From: an uncultured Bacteroidia bacterium
Lineage (GTDB): Bacteria; Bacteroidota; Bacteroidia; NS11-12g; UBA9320
Reading direction: 5' to 3'
DNA length: 64,000 nucleotides
NCBI GenBank assembly: GCA_943787465.1
Contig: CALSMN010000006.1
Span: 205,105 to 269,104 of the forward strand
The notes beneath the pieces were generated by a model. It worked only from the letters and a program-made list of their open reading frames with translations, ran no database searches and was not told the origin of the DNA. A program made the position numbers and the translations under genes. Shown one piece after another: positions 59,796 through 64,000 of the stretch. Positions within the stretch are counted from its first letter, which is position 1, and every line of letters starts with the position of its first letter.

Positions 59796-60809
59796 ATGTA
59801 TACTATAATTCGATCTTTTTTTTTCTTATTTCCTGCTGAAAAAGCACATCTTATTACTATGACTCTTTTCAAGTATATCATTAAGATACCCTTAATCTCT
59901 TATTTGTTTCGGTTTGAAGACAATCCAACTACAGTAGATAAAATTACATACAAAAACAAAGCGGGATTGGCTGCTGGATTTGATAAGGATGGAAAATTTT
60001 TGCATGAATTATACACACTCAATTTTGGATTTATTGAAATAGGTACTGTCACCCCAAAACCTCAAGATGGAAACCCTAAGCCCAGACTTTTTAGATTAAA
60101 AAAAGATAATGCTTTATTAAACCGAATGGGATTTAATAATGAAGGGTTAAAATCTCTCAAAATACGACTACAAAATTTTAGAAATAAACAGCCGTCTTGT
60201 TCTATGAAAATTGGAATTAATATTGGAAAAAATAAAATGACACCAAATGAAAATGCTGTAGATGATTACGTTAGATGCTATCAAGAATTATATGAATTAG
60301 CCGACTTTTTCATCGTTAATGTGAGTTCTCCAAATACCCCCAATCTGAGGGAATTACAGAACAAAAATGAGCTACTTAAAATTTTAAATGCACTTTTAAC
60401 AATAAGAGCTAAACAAAAAAATTGGAAGCCACTCTATCTAAAAATTGCACCTGATCTCACACAATCTCAGTTGGATGAAATTATAGATTTACAACATGAA
60501 ATTAAATTTGAAGGATTAGTTGCAACCAACACAAGTATTGATAGAAAGCTACTCAAAAAATCCGATCCGGATATCGTTAATGCATTAGGAAATGGAGGCA
60601 TCAGTGGTAAAGTAATTTTAGACACCTCTAATGCTATGATCCGTTACATTAGAGATAAATCTAAAATGACCATCATTGGGGTAGGCGGAATCGATGATGA
60701 AGTATCGGCCCAATCAAAATTGGATGCAGGGGCAGATTTGTTAGAAATTTATACGGGTTTTGTGTATTCAGGTCCCAGATTAATAAAAAAGATAGGATTA
60801 TTAAATTAG
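59796..60809 (+). CDS. pyrD: Dihydroorotate dehydrogenase (quinone), class 2
   Basis: N-terminal membrane-association helix; GFIEIGTVTPKPQDGNPKPR; GLVATNT; IGVGGI. Confidence 0.9.
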   Translation: MYTIIRSFFFLFPAEKAHLITMTLFKYIIKIPLISYLFRFEDNPTTVDKITYKNKAGLAAGFDKDGKFLHELYTLNFGFIEIGTVTPKPQDGNPKPRLFRLKKDNALLNRMGFNNEGLKSLKIRLQNFRNKQPSCSMKIGINIGKNKMTPNENAVDDYVRCYQELYELADFFIVNVSSPNTPNLRELQNKNELLKILNALLTIRAKQKNWKPLYLKIAPDLTQSQLDEIIDLQHEIKFEGLVATNTSIDRKLLKKSDPDIVNALGNGGISGKVILDTSNAMIRYIRDKSKMTIIGVGGIDDEVSAQSKLDAGADLLEIYTGFVYSGPRLIKKIGLLN

Positions 60810-61756
60810 TTTTCCTCTTTCAGTTGATCGCCTTTTTTGCGTTGCCTCTCTGTGAAACCAGTATATCTTCTGGGATATTTTTCTACATCTTTCAATAAAG
60901 CATTCAAATTTGATATTGATGAATCTAGTTTATGGTATAATGTCTTGTCATGAACAAGCATTCCAAGAGACCCTTTTTTGTTATTGATAGATTGGGTTGT
61001 TTTGGATAATTCTACAGAGAGTGTATCAAGCTGATCGGCTAGATGTTTAAAATCCACTTCATTAAGTTTGCTACTGGTTTGGTCTAAATTTTCTAGTATT
61101 CCATTCAGCTTAGGAGTCGCACTAGCAATACCTACGGTTGACAATTCAATGTTAGACAATATCCCATTGATTTTTTCTTCTTTCCCATCTAATAATTTAT
61201 TAAGCTTATCAGCTGTTTCTTTAAATGAACGAAGTGCCTTAGAAGCATCGATTAATGTACCTTGAATATCAACTCCAGATATGGCCGTATCCATACTCCC
61301 TAATACAGAATTTACGCGCTCGGACAATGGGCTCAGAACTCCACTTACAGCTTGTGCTATTCCTTTATCTTGCTCTGAAGTAAAAAAATCTCCATTTTGA
61401 GCTATTTCCTTACTATCACCAAAAATTATTTCTATAGCCTTACTGCCAATCATATCGTTATTGACAATTTTCATGATTGAATTCTTGGGTATTTTAATGT
61501 CCTCAGATATTGCAATACCAACCGTTAACTCCAGTGTTTCCTTATTCATTTCTACTGAACTTACACTTCCTACTTTATATCCGTTGATGAGAACTGGATT
61601 AGACTTAAATAAACCTTCAATTTGATTGTAGACCCCAAAATATTCGTTTGTAGTAGTAAAGACATCTTTTCCTTTCATAAAATTATATCCTACAGCCAAA
61701 ATTGTAATGGCTATGGCAACTAATATTCCGACTTTCGTTTCTTTGGAAATCTTCAT
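60806..61756 (-). CDS. MlaD/MCE-domain protein
   Basis: N-terminal TM (TKVGILVAIAITILAVGY) followed by an MCE domain and a long coiled-coil C-terminus. Confidence 0.8.
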   Translation of the reverse strand: MKISKETKVGILVAIAITILAVGYNFMKGKDVFTTTNEYFGVYNQIEGLFKSNPVLINGYKVGSVSSVEMNKETLELTVGIAISEDIKIPKNSIMKIVNNDMIGSKAIEIIFGDSKEIAQNGDFFTSEQDKGIAQAVSGVLSPLSERVNSVLGSMDTAISGVDIQGTLIDASKALRSFKETADKLNKLLDGKEEKINGILSNIELSTVGIASATPKLNGILENLDQTSSKLNEVDFKHLADQLDTLSVELSKTTQSINNKKGSLGMLVHDKTLYHKLDSSISNLNALLKDVEKYPRRYTGFTERQRKKGDQLKEEN

Positions 61757-62101
61757 TTTAAATGGTTTTTGTTATACGTACTAAAATAGTTAGATTGGTT
61801 CAAATATACACAGAAGTTCACCCAATAGTAGGGCTTTTGATTGTTGATAAATTACAACTATGTAGCCTATCTGGTTCATTAGGGTCTATTTTACAAATCA
61901 GTTCTTTCAAAATTAAACTCTGCTCATTTTTATCTAAAATCTAACCTATAAACCCAATATGTCTTTATTTTAGTATGATTTTAGTAATCAATATTAATCC
62001 TGTTCAATAAAATTGTTCCTATGAACGATTATTGCAGTATCCTTTTATGAAATTTCGTGAGGTTAAGCACTAACATAAATTTGTACCTTCAATCTGGATT
62101 A

Positions 62102-64000
62102 ATGCCATTTCTAAAACGTCTGCTTTTATATAGTACGGGGATACTTTTATCATCTTTTTCTTTCGCACAAAGCAATGATTCTATTGTGGCTACAGACACC
62201 GTTTTTCAAGATATAATCCGATTTGATATTGATAAACATCAATCGGAGATTGAAGATCAAGTAGATTATAATGCTCAGGATTCTACAATTATTGATTTTA
62301 TAAACAAAAGAGCATACCTTTTTGGTAAAGCAGAGGTTTTCTTTGAAGACATTCAGCTCAATGCCGATTACATTGCTATCGATTTTGACACAAAAGACGT
62401 GCTTGCAACTGGAACATGGGTTGATTCTACCAAAAAATATATAGGTAAGCCTTCTTTTAATGATGCAGGAAAGGTCTATGAAGCAGATACCATGCGTTAT
62501 AATTTTAAAAGTAAAAAAGGGATATCTTATGGCGTTCTTACTACTGAAAAAGATGGATTTATTCACGGTAAAAGAGTACTACGAGATAGTCAAGAGAATA
62601 TATATGTAAAAAATGCACAATTCACTACATGTAATCTACCTCATCCTCATTTTTACATAAAAGCTGATAAAATAAAAGTCATACCCGGTAAACAAATCAT
62701 TACAGGTCCGGCTAATTTAGTTATTGAAGGTATTAATACACCACTAGTTGTACCTTTTGGTTTTTTCCCAATACCTGAAAAAAGAAAACAAGGAATTCTG
62801 TTCCCAACATTTGGTCAATCGCAAGAAAGAGGTTACAATTTGAGGGGATTAGGCTACTATATTCCTGTCAATGATTTTTTTGATATTCAAGTTTCTGGTG
62901 ACATCTATTTTAGAGGTAGTTGGGGAGCTACACTTCGTTCAAATTATTACAAACGGTATAAGTATCGTGGAAATTTACAATTCAGTTTCAATAAAAATGA
63001 ATTTGGTGAACCTGAATCACCAGAATTTCGAATTTCCAATGATTATAGTCTTAGATGGTCATATACCAAAGACGCAAAGTCAAGGCCTGGCAGTAATTTT
63101 AGTGCAAATGTGAATTTTGTCACAAGTAGCTTTCTTAAGAATAATACAACCAATTATTCTGATATCATAAGTACAAATTCCAATTCTAGTATATCGTACA
63201 GTAAGGGTTTTTTGAATCGTAAAGTCAATCTGAATATTGCTAGTAATATCAATCAAAATTTAAGCACAGGTGATTTGACCATGACTCTTCCTCAACTTAC
63301 AGCAAACATGAGCCGGCAAATGCCTTTCAAAAATTTCTCAACAAAGAGTAAATCCCTAAAAAGCTTCATGCGTAATTTGGGTGTATCCTATCAAGGAACA
63401 TTTCGAAATGAGATACGTACAAAGGACACCATCCTAATTGGAAGCATACAAGAGCGATTTTCAGGCAGACCATCTATTAAAACAGCTAGCTTAGCAGATG
63501 CAACTAAAAATGGGATAAGCCATAGAATTCCGATTAGCACTTCATTTAAAGCCTTAAAATGGATTACCATATCCCCCAATATTAGTTTTGATGAATACTG
63601 GTACTTAGAAACAACCAATAAAAAATGGGATAGCGAAAATGATACGCTCGTTACTGCTACCATACCCGGATTTGATAGAGCCCTTTCCTACCGAACAAGC
63701 ATTAGTATGAGCACCATTATTTATGGTATGAAAGTATTTAAAAAAGAAAGCAAACTACAAGCCATCAGACATGTGGTTCGACCTAATTTATCCGCAGTAT
63801 GGGCTCCTGATTTTTCTGCAGGAGAGAATAATGGATACCGAACGGTTCAAACAGACACACCTCAAGTTTTTAATACATATTCTATTTATGAAAATGGTCT
63901 ATTAGGAAGACCTAATTCTGGACCTCAAGCCTCACTTAATTTTGGCATAGGCAATAATCTAGAAATAAAAATAAAATCAAAAAAGGATACAACCAATGGA
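62102..64000 (+). CDS. LptD/OstA-like outer-membrane LPS-assembly protein (Bacteroidetes type), 3'-truncated by the window end
   Basis: Signal peptide MPFLKRLLLYSTGILLSSFSFAQ; open frame with no stop to position 64000 (633 codons); N-terminal OstA-like beta-jellyroll (YIKADKIKV..), then a beta-strand-rich Ser/Asn/Tyr barrel region. Confidence 0.5.
   Translation, partial: MPFLKRLLLYSTGILLSSFSFAQSNDSIVATDTVFQDIIRFDIDKHQSEIEDQVDYNAQDSTIIDFINKRAYLFGKAEVFFEDIQLNADYIAIDFDTKDVLATGTWVDSTKKYIGKPSFNDAGKVYEADTMRYNFKSKKGISYGVLTTEKDGFIHGKRVLRDSQENIYVKNAQFTTCNLPHPHFYIKADKIKVIPGKQIITGPANLVIEGINTPLVVPFGFFPIPEKRKQGILFPTFGQSQERGYNLRGLGYYIPVNDFFDIQVSGDIYFRGSWGATLRSNYYKRYKYRGNLQFSFNKNEFGEPESPEFRISNDYSLRWSYTKDAKSRPGSNFSANVNFVTSSFLKNNTTNYSDIISTNSNSSISYSKGFLNRKVNLNIASNINQNLSTGDLTMTLPQLTANMSRQMPFKNFSTKSKSLKSFMRNLGVSYQGTFRNEIRTKDTILIGSIQERFSGRPSIKTASLADATKNGISHRIPISTSFKALKWITISPNISFDEYWYLETTNKKWDSENDTLVTATIPGFDRALSYRTSISMSTIIYGMKVFKKESKLQAIRHVVRPNLSAVWAPDFSAGENNGYRTVQTDTPQVFNTYSIYENGLLGRPNSGPQASLNFGIGNNLEIKIKSKKDTTNG

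Noticed and set aside
62150-63663. Minus- and plus-strand ORFs (138, 80 and 90 aa) overlapping the LptD-like frame
   Set aside because: The long frame from 62102 runs open to the window end and reads as a plausible secreted beta-barrel protein; the others are shadow ORFs.

Overview
Core chromosomal region of a low-GC member of Bacteroidota (Flavobacteriia/Cytophagia-like); the taxon is inferred from gene content: T9SS C-terminal sorting domains, an alternative complex III operon, Bacteroidetes-type LptE/LptD and lipobox lipoproteins. The window opens inside dnaA and ends inside an LptD-like gene. About 55 protein genes are supported. I found no rRNA or tRNA genes, CRISPR arrays, transposases, integrases or phage genes. 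Main blocks: typA; a lipid-A acyltransferase; peroxiredoxin and thioredoxin; a HEAT-repeat/cyclophilin lipoprotein followed by a LolCDE-like ABC system and a FadL/PorV-like outer-membrane barrel; cmk; a 1250-aa T9SS type-B cargo protein beside a CAP-domain secreted protein; a complete six-gene alternative complex III operon (actABCDEF); a plant-type soluble acyl-ACP desaturase with YwbE and glutathione peroxidase; a minus-strand block of a sigma54 activator, LptE, SecG and GroES/GroEL; SppA; a T9SS-secreted endonuclease I; purB; dnaE; recG; sdhCAB-ribE; pyrD; mlaD. I see no self-contained novel system such as a defence island. The most interesting observations are regulatory and architectural: a sigma54-type -24/-12 element immediately upstream of groES with a domain-atypical sigma54 activator 2 kb away, a histidine-rich insertion in ActF, a plant-like acyl-ACP desaturase cluster, and a HEAT-cyclophilin fusion lipoprotein preceding a Lol-like transporter.
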